Below, one piece after another: positions 1-13,679 of a stretch of 64,000 nucleotides of DNA. The stretch is from Phoronis australis (Eukaryota; Animalia; Phoronida), in NCBI GenBank assembly GCA_002633005.1, contig NMRA01000201.1, positions 261,139 through 325,138 of the forward strand, given 5' to 3'. The translations under genes were made by a program, and so were the position numbers. How positions within the stretch are numbered: position 1 is the stretch's first letter; each line of letters opens with the position of its first letter. Under the pieces are notes generated by a model, which was given only the letters and a program-made list of their open reading frames with translations, was not told the DNA's origin and searched no databases.

Positions 1-498
1 TACTTTTATCAATGAAAAATATGCCGATAACCAAGATATGAAATGTACAGTTCTTCTTTCTGTAGTTTTATTTCTTACAACTTACCAAATGTTGGATTCT
101 AGTTGACGTACCCATAAAGCAAATACAACTCTCTTCAATTTCGCACAAAATGATATTATTCCATTTTCAAAGGCTGATCACATTGTTGAAATTCTCAAAG
201 TTTTATCATTGTTTTGTTTTATGATATCAAATCATGGTAATGATGGAGGTGAGTTTTCGCCAGCATTTATTTTTATTGAGAAATTTTAAAAAATAAAGTT
301 CGACATCTCCACCTCCATCTTGTGTGCTAAATTCAAGAGTGTTTTCCTCATGTGTTGCTTTTGGCATGGCGGTGTCAAGCAATGCAAAAATGCAGCCTTG
401 GACAAAGAATGAGGTTACTTTTCAAATTTACTGTTGGTTGGAATGGATGATGGTATAGAGCACTTACGTGTAGCTGATCCTTCGCTCTTTGTTTTTAG

Positions 499-569
499 AG
501 GATGTGTTCGTGGGTATCACCAATTCTGGGGTGGTCAAAGTGTGGTCGATCAGTGAGAAACAACTCAAG
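499..569 (+). CDS. WDR7: WDR7 / rabconnectin-3 beta, first exon visible in window (gene 5'-partial)
   Basis: tttttag acceptor, gtaagt donor; translates EDVFVGITNSGVVKVWSISEKQLK, matching the recalled WDR7 segment EDTVVALSVTGILKVW. Not in ORF track. Confidence 0.85.
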
Positions 570-1424
570 GTAAGTGATTTAATGATGCACTCTGTGTCGC
601 TAGTGATGCAATGATTCTTCCTTACTTGTTTGCCTATGGTCTCAACAAATTACATGTAGAAAATATAAACAACGGCAGTGAAGCCATTACTGGTACTGTA
701 TATGATAGATAACAATAGTGTGACTCTAGCCAATATTTATTTAGTCAGTTTTAAGATCAATAAAGATGACCCATTTGGTTGTTTCAGCTAGTATAAAATA
801 GCAATGGGCAAAATAAATAAATAAACAAAACAAATATTAAGTGAAAACCAAACTAAAAAGCAGTGGATGTTGGGGTCCAGTCCCTCAGAGTCAACATTTG
901 GACCAACACTCTCCCTTAGGTCTTCTGGGAGACTTTCATGCGATGGGCTTTTGACTGTATTCTCAAATATGTTTTGTTGACCTTCGGCTCAGTGGTGGTA
1001 TGCTTGACTCTCAAGTTATAGCAAGCGTCTTTAAAGACACAGAACTGTGGAAGTTGTGCTGTGAGTGCTCTAATGGGAGGCTTTTAAGAAGCAATGTGGC
1101 GACTGATCACGTGGGACCAGATACTAGTGACCTCTGCAGAGCGAAGAGACAATTGAACTTTTGCTTAAAAGTATCACGACTAGTCACATACACTGCAAAA
1201 GGATCTTTACATGAAGACAAAATGTTCCCCTGTGCCACCCACTGCGCAGAAGTAGTACCTTGTTGTATAACAAGGTGCAGATAAGAAAAGACGTGTAAGA
1301 GTCATGTGATCAGCCTCCATCGCTTTCTGAAAGTCTCTAATTAAATCCCAAATTCATCTAGTAAACATCCACTACTAGTCACATAAGTCTGGGCACCACC
1401 AGACTAACAACCTGATGCTGTTAA

Positions 1425-1858
1425 GGTTTGTAGGACTTTATTGACAAGTCTACTTATTTAGCCAAACATCTACAAAACTGTAGATTTTAACTCTGTGAAA
1501 GTATGTATTTTCTGAAAGTAGAAAGCCTGTAGAATTTGTGATTTTTGGCATTTTACCAATCTGACACATGACCATGTCTTTTTAGTGGATGTTTTTAGTA
1601 GAATTTAGCAAATAAGGAAGATACGTTCATAGCAAAACAACAGTATCAATAATGCGATACAATTTCATGAAAGTCCTATTTTTTGATAGCTCCTAATAGA
1701 AAAGTGGAACATTTTAAAAACAATTCCTATAAGTATTTGGAGAACAATGCATAAAGCGTACTATTAGAAGGTTTCATTTGAATTCAGTCGGTTTTTTCTG
1801 AGATATGATGTTCGGAAGTTAGCTAAATTTGGATATTTTTCTGGGGTCCTACATAACA
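1425..1858 (+). mobile_element. TTAA-associated MITE family A (Kolobok/T2-like), copy 1
   Basis: ttaa|ggtttgtaggac ... gtcctacataaca|ttac terminal inverted repeats; interior homologous to the copies at 2507, 29064 and 34285. Confidence 0.7.
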
Positions 1859-1877
1859 TTACTGAACTATTGTCATT

Positions 1878-1985
1878 GGAGTCTCTACCCTGGGAACAAA
1901 CCTTTCAATGCAGTTAAAGCTATTGTGACTGGAGTCTCTACCCTGGGAACAAACCTTTCAATGCAGTTAAAGCTATTGTGACTGG
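1878..1985. repeat. 53-bp tandem duplication (x2)
   Basis: ggagtctctaccctgggaacaaacctttcaatgcagttaaagctattgtgact at 1878 and 1931. Confidence 0.95.
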
Positions 1986-2045
1986 TTCTAAAGCTGAGGA
2001 ACCATTGATTCATGAACACATTTTGAACACATTTTATATTTGCAG

Positions 2046-2165
2046 AAGGACAAGCATGTCGAGGAGAACGAGTCGAAGCAAATTCGCTGTCTGAATGCGC
2101 AGACATTGAACTGCTGCGCGTTCAACCAACGCACTGTGCTAATCGTGTGCCCCACCTATTGGCAG
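2046..2165 (+). CDS. WDR7: WDR7 exon
   Basis: ttgcag acceptor, gtcagt donor; KDKHVEENESKQIRCLNAQTLNCCAFNQRTVLIVCPTYWQ (WDR7 EEESK..C....CAF.QR..L.VC..YW). Phase 0/0. Confidence 0.9.
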
Positions 2166-2506
2166 GTCAGTATTGGCTGCCGTGCATGATGCCTCACTCA
2201 TCAGTGCTAGCTGTCGTGCATAATGCCTCGCTTAGTCCTACTAAAGACGGACAGATGTCGACTATTAAACACTGAATATTGCCCATCTGTTTGTCCGTAT
2301 GTCTGTTTTTGTTTGACTTTGTGTCGAAGCATGTGATGTGTTAATCGCAACATTGTTAAGGATAGGCTTTAAATCCTGGTGAAAATTGCGATAATTATGA
2401 ACAGTCCCTAACTGTGAATAATGATTGTTGTAAAACAATATTCCAAATGTAAGTCTAACGTTACGTCTTTTGAGGTCAAATGTGATCATATAACACAGTA
2501 TGTTAG

Positions 2507-3942
2507 ATAATATAGGACCTTATTAACAGGTCAGCCCATTTAGCCAAATAACAAAACTAAAGATTTTAACTTGGTACAAGTACATATTTTCTAAAAGCAA
2601 AAGGGTTGTATAAATTGATATTTTACTTTTAGACCAATCCGTGATTAATTGGGTCACATGACTATGTCTTTACGTAAAATTTAGCTAAAAAGTTCATTGA
2701 TAGCAAAACAATGATATCAATAACATAAATTTCATTTGTTCCTATAATTGTTCAAAATGACATCTCAGAAACCCTGTTACAGTTTTCTTAATTGTTTTAA
2801 TTTTGTTTAATTTTATTGTACGTCCTCATATTTATATGTGGGTGCATACTGTCGTCATCTCTGTCTGGGCATCTACCATCTGCTGCTGTATCTCCTAAAC
2901 CCCTTGCGGGAGCTCATTGAAATTTGGCGGGTGTGTTTCTATGGGGCAGACGACAACAAGTTTTGGACCGACTTCTGTGTCACCCCCTAGTGGCAATTTT
3001 GTTTTTTGCGCCTGTGGCCAAATCTCCTTAACCCTTTAAGGAGCTTTGTGAAATTTGAAAGATGTGTTTCTATGGAGCCGATGATAAACGGTAATAAGTG
3101 TTGAACTGACCCAAATACCACTGTGCCCCCTAGTGGCATTTTTTTACATTTGCCTCTGTAACTTTGGAGTTCAATAATGTATTTTCATGAAATTTGGCAG
3201 ATAGGTTTCTATTAAGTAGACAACAATGCTTTCCCATTTTCGGACAGATTTGATGTTTTTCTAAAATTTTTTGCGTATGTATTTCACGTGCGCCTCTCTC
3301 TCTGCCAAATCGCTTGAAGGATCATTATGAAAGTTGATGGTTGTGTTTCTGATGTGAAGACACGGCTGACGATTTTCAGATGGTTTTGACTACTCTGGTG
3401 TCCCCCTGGGGCAATTTTGCTTTTTTTGTGTATGGCTGTATACCCTTAAACCTTTAAGGATCTTTGCGAAATTTCGCAGATGGACTCCAATAGACATGGA
3501 AATAGATGAGTATGGGTTTCACACCAATCAGACTATAGCTGTGCCCCCTTGTGTCAATTTTTTACGTTATTTGCCTGTATATCTTAGAAGTTCATTGGCT
3601 TCTTTTCACCTTCTCAGTTTGGACGGGTTTATCACATTCTGCGCCATCTTTGTGATACTAAAGACATCCATATAAGCATAGTGTTTGTGGTGCTGTCGTG
3701 GGCACTTTTCAATGCTCTGCGTTGTTATTTCCTTATTCTTTTCATGAAAGTCAAAAAGCTCTATTTTTGATATCTCCTCATGCCAGAATGGATTATTTCA
3801 AAAACAATTTCTTACAGCATTTTAGAGAACAATGCATAAAGCACAGAATCTGAAAGTTTCATATGAATCCGATCAGCCATTTCTGTGGTATGATGTTCTG
3901 ATATTACCCAGATTTGGAACGTTTCTAGTGTCCTTCATGACC
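2507..3942 (+). mobile_element. MITE family A copy 2, interrupted by a nested element
   Basis: 5' part (taggaccttattaacagg...atagcaaaacaa) at ~2507-2760 and 3' part (ttcatgaaagtc...agagaacaatgcataaagc...gtccttcatgacc) at ~3741-3942 are collinear with copy 1. Confidence 0.65.
2820..3720 (+). mobile_element. Helentron/HINE-like element with internal ~130-140 bp degenerate tandem units
   Basis: Recurrent gaaatttg...tgtgtttctat...ccccctagtggcaatttt units; homologous to 32300-32900. Superfamily assignment is inference and boundaries are approximate. Confidence 0.55.
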
Positions 3943-4442
3943 TTGAATTGCATTGGGACGCACACTCTTTATACTAACATTGAGTGAAGAAAATTTGCCG
4001 TTTATTTCCCACAACAAGTACTTTAATTCCAACAAGATACAAAATCTGGAATGTAGCTTACAAAAACAATTAATTCACAAAATGCCTGACATTAATTAGT
4101 TTTGCAATAATTTTTTCAGTTTTAATTGCTTTGAGGTGTCATTTTCAAAATTTTTCTCAGTCTCTTCAGTTGTTGTGTTAATTTTAGGTGTACGGTCTTG
4201 TAGCGAGATCACAAACTGATGATAGGATGGTAAGACCATTGTCATAGAGTGTGTTTGGTGCATGACTGTGACCCAAGTGTTTAGCAGGATTTCTGATAAT
4301 GAACATGATTTCAAACAATTGACTTTCATGATAGAAATGGTTGCCATGACTTCATAGATGTTATGTGTTTGATTATTCATAGTGTGTTGTGATATCTCAA
4401 TTTCTACTAATGTACTAAATGTACCTAAATGGAATGTGTCTG

Positions 4443-4790
4443 TGTGTTTTGGTCCAACTTGTGTTTTGGTCCAACTTGTGTTTAGGTCCAACTTGTGTTT
4501 TGGTCCAACTTGTTTTGGTCCAACTTGTGTTTAGGTCCAACTTGTGTTTAGGTCCAACTTGTGTTTAGGTACAACATGTATTTAGGTCCAACTCAATGTT
4601 TAGGTTCAACATGTGTTGAAGTCCAACATGTGTTTCAGTCTCAACATTTGTCTAGGCCCAACATGTTCTTAGGTCCAACTTGTTGTTAGGACCAGCATAT
4701 GTTTAGGTCCAACCTATGTTTTGGTCCAGTATGGATTTAGATCCAATGTGTGTCTATGTTCAACATGCATCTTCACCCAACATGTGTCTT
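4443..4790. repeat. 17-bp minisatellite (tgtgtttaggtccaact), about 20 units, decaying 3'
   Basis: Near-perfect units at 4443-4560, progressively diverged to ~4790. Confidence 0.93.
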
Positions 4791-4976
4791 TTTAGTAAAA
4801 TTTCCCACAAAAGAAATTTAAAGTTCATTCATAACAAAACAAAAATATCAGTAACATGGTCATATTTCATTTGATGTAAGTGGTCATGATGTAAAAGTTT
4901 CATGTGAGTCTGATCAACCATTTCTGTGATATGGTGCAAAGTCAGCCAAATTTGTATTTTTGGGTCCTAAAAAGCC
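4782..4976 (+). mobile_element. MITE family A, internally deleted fragment
   Basis: tgtctttttagtaaaattt...gttcattcataacaaaacaa...tgggtcctaaaaagcc|ttaa right end. Confidence 0.55.
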
Positions 4977-5259
4977 TTAAATTTTTTATGGTAGCTTCAT
5001 TGATAGATATTAGCTAGTTGGTTTCAGTCTGAGTTTAAAACATGTTTTAGACAGATTTTGTTCTTAGTTATTCAGGAACGAACTTAATGACCTCATCACA
5101 AGAAATCTGGAATTTTAACTTCCAAGAACAGTGTTTTCATGCAAACGTCCCAAACACGATTGTAAAACGGCATGACGAGGAATTTTGAGTCATTTTATAT
5201 GAATACTTTTGGCATGTACTATATCTGTTTTGATTAACCCCATACATTTATTTATTCAG

Positions 5260-5405
5260 ATTTATGATGCGGGAGACTTTTCACTGCTATGCTCCGAGTC
5301 AAACCGATGTGGTGAGCGGTGGTCGGGTGGTGAATTTATCGCCATTGACCGTGTTGTAGTTTGGAGCAATGAAGGCAAAGGTTATCTGTACAAGCTGCCT
5401 ACCAA
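5260..5405 (+). CDS. WDR7: WDR7 exon
   Basis: ttcag/gtgagt; IYDAGDFSLLCSESNRCGERWSGGEFIAIDRVVVWSNEGKGYLYKLPT, a strongly conserved WDR7 block. Confidence 0.95.
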
Positions 5406-6375
5406 GTGAGTGATGTGGCCTTTAACCTTTGACCTTTGTGTCACTGCTTCGATTCTATTATTCTGATGCTGTGTCCTTGACTTGTTCAAATTGATGGATT
5501 TGTAAAACATGGAAAGAATCGTAATGAGACATTTAGAAATTGGAATGTATGCATAATTTATTATATTCAGAGCTCAGTGTTTGAACTGTGATGTACTGAA
5601 CTTGCAGTTCAGTACTATCAGTTGTATATGAAGCAAACTTATATTATACAATAGTAAAACTTATATATACAAAAACCTTGCAACATGTGAAACAAAGCTT
5701 TGTTCAAAGGGTTCAATTATGTGTGGTTTGATTATCGCATAAAGGATACTTTTTCTTTCAAAATTTGTTTGTTCTGTATATGAACTATAACTTTAGATCC
5801 TATGCGCTATCGCCCACACCTGTTAAACTTGTATACATGCAAATTCAAATCATATTTTAGTTATTAATTCTTTTTTGTTCTGTAACTTCCACCGTTTTCG
5901 CTTTAAATGTTCACTTTTACCACCCTCCTGGCTTAATTGATAATTCTCTGACTTTTGTTTTATTGAAATGAAGATTTGTTGCACAGTTTTCACTTTTTAA
6001 GATACACACATAGACTTTCTCCACTTTCTCTGTTTTGTAAAACTTGAAATACGGGAACAAAAACATATCATCCCATCTCTGAACTCTCCTTGACTTCTAT
6101 GTTAAGATTTGTGTTCAGTAATATTGGTCAACCACAAGACACGTACGTTGAGGAATCTTGACTTTCGAAATCCAAATAGTGAGTTTACGTAATGATTTCC
6201 TCCGTGATTCAACGATCTAGTGTTGCTGTGTAATCACTTTCAGCGTCAGCCATTTTGCTAATGAGACAGGCTTACTCGCAACAAAACTCTCACGAGATCT
6301 CACCTTTATCTGTTGTAATGTTACGTGATCTTGCCGTTCTCCCACAAGACTATCTTTATGTAACGTTACCTAGGG

Positions 6376-6754
6376 CCCAGGGTCTAATCTTTTTTACTTG
6401 AAATCGAGCTTGAAATTATTTTTGGCATTTCCTTTTCCGCTTTTGGATGAACTCAAGATATATTCAGTGCTTGAATACATACGCATAACTGTCTGATCCT
6501 AGTTTGCACTTTATGACCCTGGTATTAAGGCTATGAATTTGAGTCTGGACTCGAAATTTCAAGTTTCTATTTGAACTCGAATCTATTGCTCATCAAGTTT
6601 GAACTTGGATTAGATTAGACACTCGTCTGCATAAACCTTATTACACTCGGGCACAGAATAATGGACACTTATTCTTGAGTTGGGACGAAAGTAGAAGAGA
6701 AAATGACAAAAATAATTTTGAGTTTGATTTCGAGTACAAAGATTTGACCCCGGG
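6376..6754. mobile_element. MITE family B with ~55-bp imperfect TIRs
   Basis: Left gggtctaatc...acttgaaatcgagcttgaaattatttttggcattt; right end reverse-complements to ggggtcaaatctttgtactcgaaatcaaactcaaaattatttttgtcattt. Related copies at 16054 and ~32930. Confidence 0.8.
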
Positions 6755-9490
6755 TTCTGGATTAGCTTGTGAGATCAGGTCCAGACAAAGGGTGCAGTCC
6801 ATATGATAATAGCAGTACTGCACATTACAAATTCTGTACAAATTTTATAGACACTTTGTTGTCAAGCAGTTGATTACTTGAACAAGAGATGATTGCCTAG
6901 CAGTGGTACTACTGCAGGACACCTGCTGAGAATACTTGGTCTTGTTTGGGTTCTTCAGTTTGAAGTTTTATGACAGAAACCAGTTTTAAGTTGAATTATT
7001 TTTTTGTGTTGTCTAACCTGAAAAGTGTTGTGCCTATTATTTAACACAAGAGTATGGTGTTAGAATTTAATTAACTAACTAAATATAATGTTATTTTGTC
7101 GGGATTGGTTTAACAAAAAGATTGTTATGTTATGGAAAACTAATTACGACAGTGCAAGCTGACACAACACAAAGTGATACTCCATAACTGTGTTTGTAGA
7201 ATTTGACACTGCTCAATTTGTCGCACAATTTTCAGTAGTGCAAGTTGCCGTTATGTGTCAGTTACCAATTAACATGCAAAGCAGTGTCTAAGGTAAAGAA
7301 ATCGTCTGAATTATACATCATCGGCCATTCCAGTTAAGAATTCCTTTGTGATGTCTTGCATTCAAAGATGTGTTTGATCAAACACTTCCACCTTGCTTGG
7401 AAGAAGGGCGTGTAAATAGTCGCCGACACTGACCTTCTTACGCTGTTGAAGTTTGTGCTGTGTCAAAATTTTCGTTTGAACTCGGCATCCGATTAACACA
7501 GTTCTGAAAGCAGGATTGAGAAACAATCCATTGACTGGACCCATATTGTACTCTGGTGAGTCAGCTATGTTATAGCTGATGCACGTGTTGTATCTGTTTG
7601 CTGGACCTGACATTTACGAACTCTGAATTTAGAGTGGGTATGCTTGAGTGTTAATCGTGAATCTATTCATTGGATCGTTTCTCCCTCCCAGACTTAATTC
7701 TGTAGTTCTTGTTTTTACCAATTGATTGTTAATGTAGATTCAAATACTTAAATTTTAGAGCAGACTGTGTTGTTTCGACGCTAGTCTCTCTGTCTCTTCT
7801 AGTCTTGTGGAGCACTGCAATAGTATCATTCAGTATGGCACAGAATTCTCTTTTCTGAATTTTGAATGACGTTGAAATAAGGTATTTCAACTCAATGAAC
7901 ATAGATTTATCAACAAACAAGCTCTCACAAATGATCCTTGTTTTGAACAAATGGATGAAACATGGGCATTTTTGAAAGAATTTAGATGCTCAAATTCCTT
8001 ATTTGTTTTCCCGTAAAGCTTGCTAAAAGGAAAAAATCTATCGAGGTAAGACCGATTTGATGTCATATAACCCGCCTTTGCAAAATGTGAATTTTTTGCT
8101 TCTGTCCAGATGATAACACTATCTCATCTTTGTCTGCCATTTCCCACAAGAAGTAACAATATGTACACAAGACTTTGATGTATGTTCCTTAACAAGTGGT
8201 AATTCTTCTATTGATGAATACAAAATTGTACAAACTGTGGCTCTGTGTGCAATTTATTCTGTTATTTTGACGTTATGCATAATTTTATGTACTAATTAAT
8301 GTTTTTGACAGTCTCAGGTGCAAACTACTCTTGAAATTCCACGCCATTTCAAGTGACTGTACAAATTACTAGAGTGTACGAATTGATAGAAGAATTATCA
8401 TACAAAGACTTTTCAGTTGGCACCCAGGCACCTGTCAGTAGGTACCCAGGTCCAAGTCAATAGGGATTATAGTAAAAGGTATGGTCATGCTTTCTACTGA
8501 TTGGATCGATTGGGTGAGCTGAAAAGTGTTTTAACATCGACTGTTGAGTTTTTGTGTTCGTGTTTTATTTCTTTCTCTCATTTTGCTTTATTAGCACAGC
8601 AATTTATAGCAATGTAGAAGTCACTTGCTGAGTTCATTTTCTAAAGGTGCAGCGGTTTTAAATCCTTTAATCCTTTCAGTACTACGTGTTATCCCACGCG
8701 ATACACATACCGTAGTGTAGTTTTCAAGCTGCTGTTAACCACGTTGTGGTGTTAAAAACATCAACTTTCTTCCCAGCACATTTGCTCGGATTCCAAGAAA
8801 ATTTGTTATCTTTTGTTCTGGTGTGATACTGCTCGATTTAAATCACCTAGAATTTCCGGGCTTTGATGCCGAATCTGCCTTGGCGTGTCGAGGAACTTAT
8901 TGGGATGATCTGAAGTAATAGCAATATGTCAGTTCTACTCGAGCCTAGAAGTCATTTCTAATATGAGTAAGCACCAAGATTTTGTAGCAGAAAGTGAGTG
9001 GGTCTGTTTCATGATAAGTGACTAGAGATTTAAAAGTCAGAAATTTCGTCTTACGTTCCGCACAACTATTTTTGATAAATAATTGAAACTCACTTGAGCA
9101 TGAATGCAGTCTGTGAGAATATGCACACAACTGCTAGATTTTACTGAGATAATTGCTATAAATTATTTCTAGACTGTTAATTACGACATACGTCGAGGCT
9201 GAATAAAATTAGACAATGCAGAAACAAGTAAAACACTTTAAATTGTGGTAAAAATATTGATTAAAAACACACCAGCTTTTGGGTCTTAATGGGTGCAGCT
9301 CTTGGTCAGGTATTAAGAGAAGTGGCAGAGAAGGCTATATCAACCAAGACTGTCATGCTCTCGTTATTGATTTGCGACTAAACTTTTTTCAGCAACTGTG
9401 AAGTAAGATCAAATTTCTGTCTTTATGTCTTAAGTCACTTTCATGAAACATATGCCAGAAGTTGTTTTTGACAGAAAGTGTAGATTTAGT

Positions 9491-9622
9491 GTGACTCCTC
9501 TAAATATGCTACAGTTTGTACCTCCTCATCTTCCAAGACGTCCTCTCATGTGCGTGACTCCTCTAAATATGCTACAGTTTGTACCTCCTCATCTTCCAAG
9601 ACATCCTCTCATGTGCGTGACT
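9491..9622. repeat. 63-bp tandem duplication (x2 plus stub)
   Basis: gtgactcctctaaatatgctacagtttgtacctcctcatcttccaagac.tcctctcatgtgc at 9491 and 9554. Confidence 0.95.
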
Positions 9623-12456
9623 CACTCAAGTTGCTGCTTTTAAATACTACAATAAAATGTCACCAATGTAGGACACAATATGTTGGACGAATGATATTTT
9701 ATTTTGTTCATATATGACCAGTGGCACCAAAGTCATTCTTTGTTGTTTTTAATGTTCTATACTGTTGCTGCCATCAGATGTATTGGAAAAAAATTACAGG
9801 AACTCACAGTGTTTGAATACTTTACAAAAAGGTTAAAGGCCTCTTCTAGCAATTGTGTTTGTCCTAAATTGGTGAGCTTTTAACATAGAACACGTGGGTA
9901 AAGTTTTGTGGATGCACGAATCTCACTATCAAAGCTAGTATGATCGCGTACTTTGCTTGTAATACATGGCCATATCTTGTGAAGGTGTGTATATTATTGC
10001 ATTTTCGCGACATTCTCGCCTCTACACAACACATGCCTAGTTTGACTACATGGCTTACTACTGCTTTTCTCATAGCTTAGTGTGTGACACAGTTGGGTAC
10101 ACCCCACATCAACAAAACCTTTGACCTCAGATTTTGACCATATTTGGGCAAAAGAGGCTGCTTTGCTGAGTGAGCTATGTTAACACATAGTCCCTTGTTT
10201 GGTATTGGTTTTCTCAGTTCCAAATGCTTACCCCTGCCTATGTGTGCTGCTCAATGAGACTAATTACTGTTGCTTGGAAATCCTGATCATGATCTTTAAT
10301 TCGGACCTACCAAACACTTGTGAGGTGTCGCACGAATTTGTCGAACGGACAATTTCAACAATTTTATCAACTATTAAGTTAGCATCAGGTATATTGTAAT
10401 AGTGACACTGCGTTTGGTCATTCCCAATTCTTGTTATTAATAAGAAAACTTTGTAGAAAAAAAGTTTAGAATGAGAATTAAATGTATGTCCATAATATGT
10501 TAAAATTACATTTGGGTATATGCTTTCACCTTTCTCAATTTTTTTGTAAACCGAGTCAGTCTGAGGCTGCTTATTAAACAGCAATTAGAAATTGCTCAAT
10601 GATACAAAAATAACACGATTGGAAAAGAGGCGACAAATTATGAATTTGAAAGAACCTCTATTCTGCAGGTGTGGTACATTTACAAAAAATATACGGAGAA
10701 TATAGAAATTTGTTCAGTCAAGCATTTGTGAACATTTTTGTGATTACATTGTATTTTGTAGTCAGTCACAAGGTTGTAATTATGTTAGACACAAATTTCG
10801 AGATGAAAATTTTCTTATCAGTATTCTATTTGCAATGATCTATGAAATTGAACAGGCTTATTCTGCTCTGGGATGATTTTGTTCTAAAGCAAACTAAAAA
10901 ACACTTAAAGCTGTTTGGTCAGTATTCACCACAACCTGTTTTAGTTCATAACCACAATGATTTTGAATTTTGCCCATAAATTTGTCTTATTTCTGTAGAG
11001 TTTGAAAACCTGTGCAATGATTAAGAACTTTTAAGAGATTAGCCATATTTTAAGCTAGTTAAGACATTTTAGACTTTTGACATCAGTTCAATGATTTATT
11101 CCAAGACTTAGATATAAACCTCCAACACTGTGAACATGAACTTTCGAACAAGCGCGCGATCATATTTTGTAATTCCCATTGAGATTGAATTTTTTTCTGT
11201 GGAGAACACTTTTGGTCTTTAAATGTTGAGACTTCGGTTAAAATTTCACCTGTTCCTTAGTTTGCTTGTCATTGTTTTGATTGGATTTGAGTAGAAATGT
11301 AACTACAGGCCACCTTGCTTAACTAATCACTCATGAGATCGCGCTAAAAACGACTTATCTGATTGACGACATGTGTGTAAGCTGTCGGTTTGACAAGATA
11401 AATGGTAAGGCACTGGTATAGTTATGTATATCCAGCTATATCAAGTTTCACATAATAATCGTGAAAACTGCAAAATTTTTGCTTGTGATTTGATTATTAC
11501 ACATAAACTGGTTCACAGTCGTCATCATAATTAAGTTTTTCGATCACTGTAGCCATGTAGCCTACCAAGTTTAACCCTTTTGTCTCATAATGAAGGGAAT
11601 AAATAACTCAGTTTTCTATACTGCGTGTTACTTCCAATATGTTTACGTACAGTTTTAAAATAATAGCACCTGGAAAAGACTGCCTAACCGGCACCGCTAG
11701 GATGACCAAACGCTGGGATGCTGGCATTTAAACCTCACTCCAGATTTTGATAAAGGAAATTTGTCACAGTTTCCCGTTGGAGACATTTATTTGAGTTACG
11801 AACAGGTATTGAAACTGTAATTTTCAGTGCAGTCTTATTTTTATTGTCAGCACTTTCCAATAATTTTTGAACAAGTGTGATATCATGTGTAGTGCTTCTG
11901 TATGAGTCCCATATGGTGACAACTTATGCGAATACTTTGGAAGTAATCGGTAGGATGGAGCGGTTTTTTGAGTGACGAATTGCACGAAAATGACGACGTA
12001 TAAACCGCGAACTTTTTCACGTAAGTGGATATCATGTTACCAGGATGAGTGATAACAAGTTAAGCAAGGTCACTGGCATTTAAATCTCATTGTTTCCAAT
12101 AACCGTGTAGTTTGCATACTGTATGCTTCCTGTTTTAGTCTTCTTTTTAATTGTTGTGTATCTTCAAGCACAGTCTTTAGGCAAAAGATATTTATGTGAA
12201 TCGTGTTGTAATCACATTATGAACTTGCTGTTGTAATGTAAAGAAGTAAAATTAATTACGTTGTCTTATTGTTTATAAAAGTGACTCGCCAGTTTCATGA
12301 CCTACACGAATTACATTTTGCTGTCTTTCCTAGGTTGTTGTGTTTTCTTCAAGCATTAGGGCAGTCAGTGAAAATTGGCTAAATATGAAAATATTTGCTG
12401 GTGCTTTAATATTCATGCTTTGTTGAAAAAGTACAAACCTTTGTTTTTGTTTTTAG

Positions 12457-12547
12457 TGCGACATCAAGCCATGCAGATTTCCACCAGTCAGCGGCCACAA
12501 GTCAGACACCACTGGCGTATCAAGTCCTCGATGTATTCTCACCCAAA
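12457..12547 (+). CDS. WDR7: WDR7 exon
   Basis: polypyrimidine tract + ttttag, gtatgt donor; phase 2 in, phase 0 out as required; (N)ATSSHADFHQSAATSQTPLAYQVLDVFSPK. Weakly conserved region. Confidence 0.75.
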
Positions 12548-13510
12548 GTATGTCTGTGTTTGTGAACTTTGACATTTTGATTGTGTTTCTTGTTCATTAT
12601 GTTGAAGACATTTTACCTTTCACATATTAGCACAGAACAAAGAAGGAGCGTTATCAACCATCCATGAATTCACTGAAATTTGGTATTATTCCTTTGTTTC
12701 ACATTTTTACAAGTTTTTCTAATAAACCATTCATGACCCTATATTTTGTTTTCAAATAGTTTGCTCAAGACCGAAATGACAGTGGAAAGTACTTATGATG
12801 TGCTGTCCAGTAGGTGGAACGCCAAGTTTAATACTGAAATGTGTTCAACCAAATGGGATCAAACTCAATAATAAAAATTAAACTATCATTGAATACCAAA
12901 ACTGGTCTTATTTGTTTACTCACGTTGCAACTTGTGCCCAGGACCATCAAGCTGTGCTTGGGTCGAAAATTGACCTATTATGTTTAGCTTTTGGTCACTT
13001 TTTGAGTCAAATCTGGAGTAAAGGTTAGTGGTCCAGGGTACGGTTGTTGCTTGCCCAGTTGTCATTGTTGGTATATGCACAATTGTATCACTGATGCATT
13101 ACATTCTCAAGTGGTTCATGGTGGTGGATAATTGCAGCATAGTATTTCTAAGTTAACCCACAGATGTTAGCCGTGGTCAGAGTTCAAATTTGGTGGAGGA
13201 AGTCTTCCGCCAAAGTCCTTATTGGACTAGAAATTGTGCGATCTAAATGTGAAATGTGAGAAACGGCGTCAGTAGAAAACAAGACAATAAAAGCTTGTAT
13301 TTCTGTTTACTTTCTGGAGGTCAACCTGAAGAAGGTCCTTAAATTTTGAATTCAAGTTTCACACATGTGCTATGGAACGTGCAATGAAATCGTGTCATTG
13401 CTGCAGAATTGTCAAATTGGAATTCTTCTCTGTAGATACTTCCTCACATAGCTGTGTTCTCCTGAAAAGTTAAATGGTCCATACACGCAACCTGTCTTGT
13501 TTGGTTTCAG

Positions 13511-13679
13511 CCGTTGGTGTGTGCACCCTCCATGAAGTTCTATCTGGGTCACAGCATGGAGGCGCGTCAGTTCCTACTGCGTGGTGACTCCGAGGGTCAG
13601 GTGGCACTTTGGAACATTCCGGAAATTACCGAGGCTAAGATGAAGTTAGTGCGGCAGGAGAGTTTTGACAGATTGCCAG
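13511..13679 (+). CDS. WDR7: WDR7 exon
   Basis: tttcag/gtattg; PLVCAPSMKFYLG...LLRGDSEGQVALWNIPE (WD repeat GDSxG.v.lW). Confidence 0.92.
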
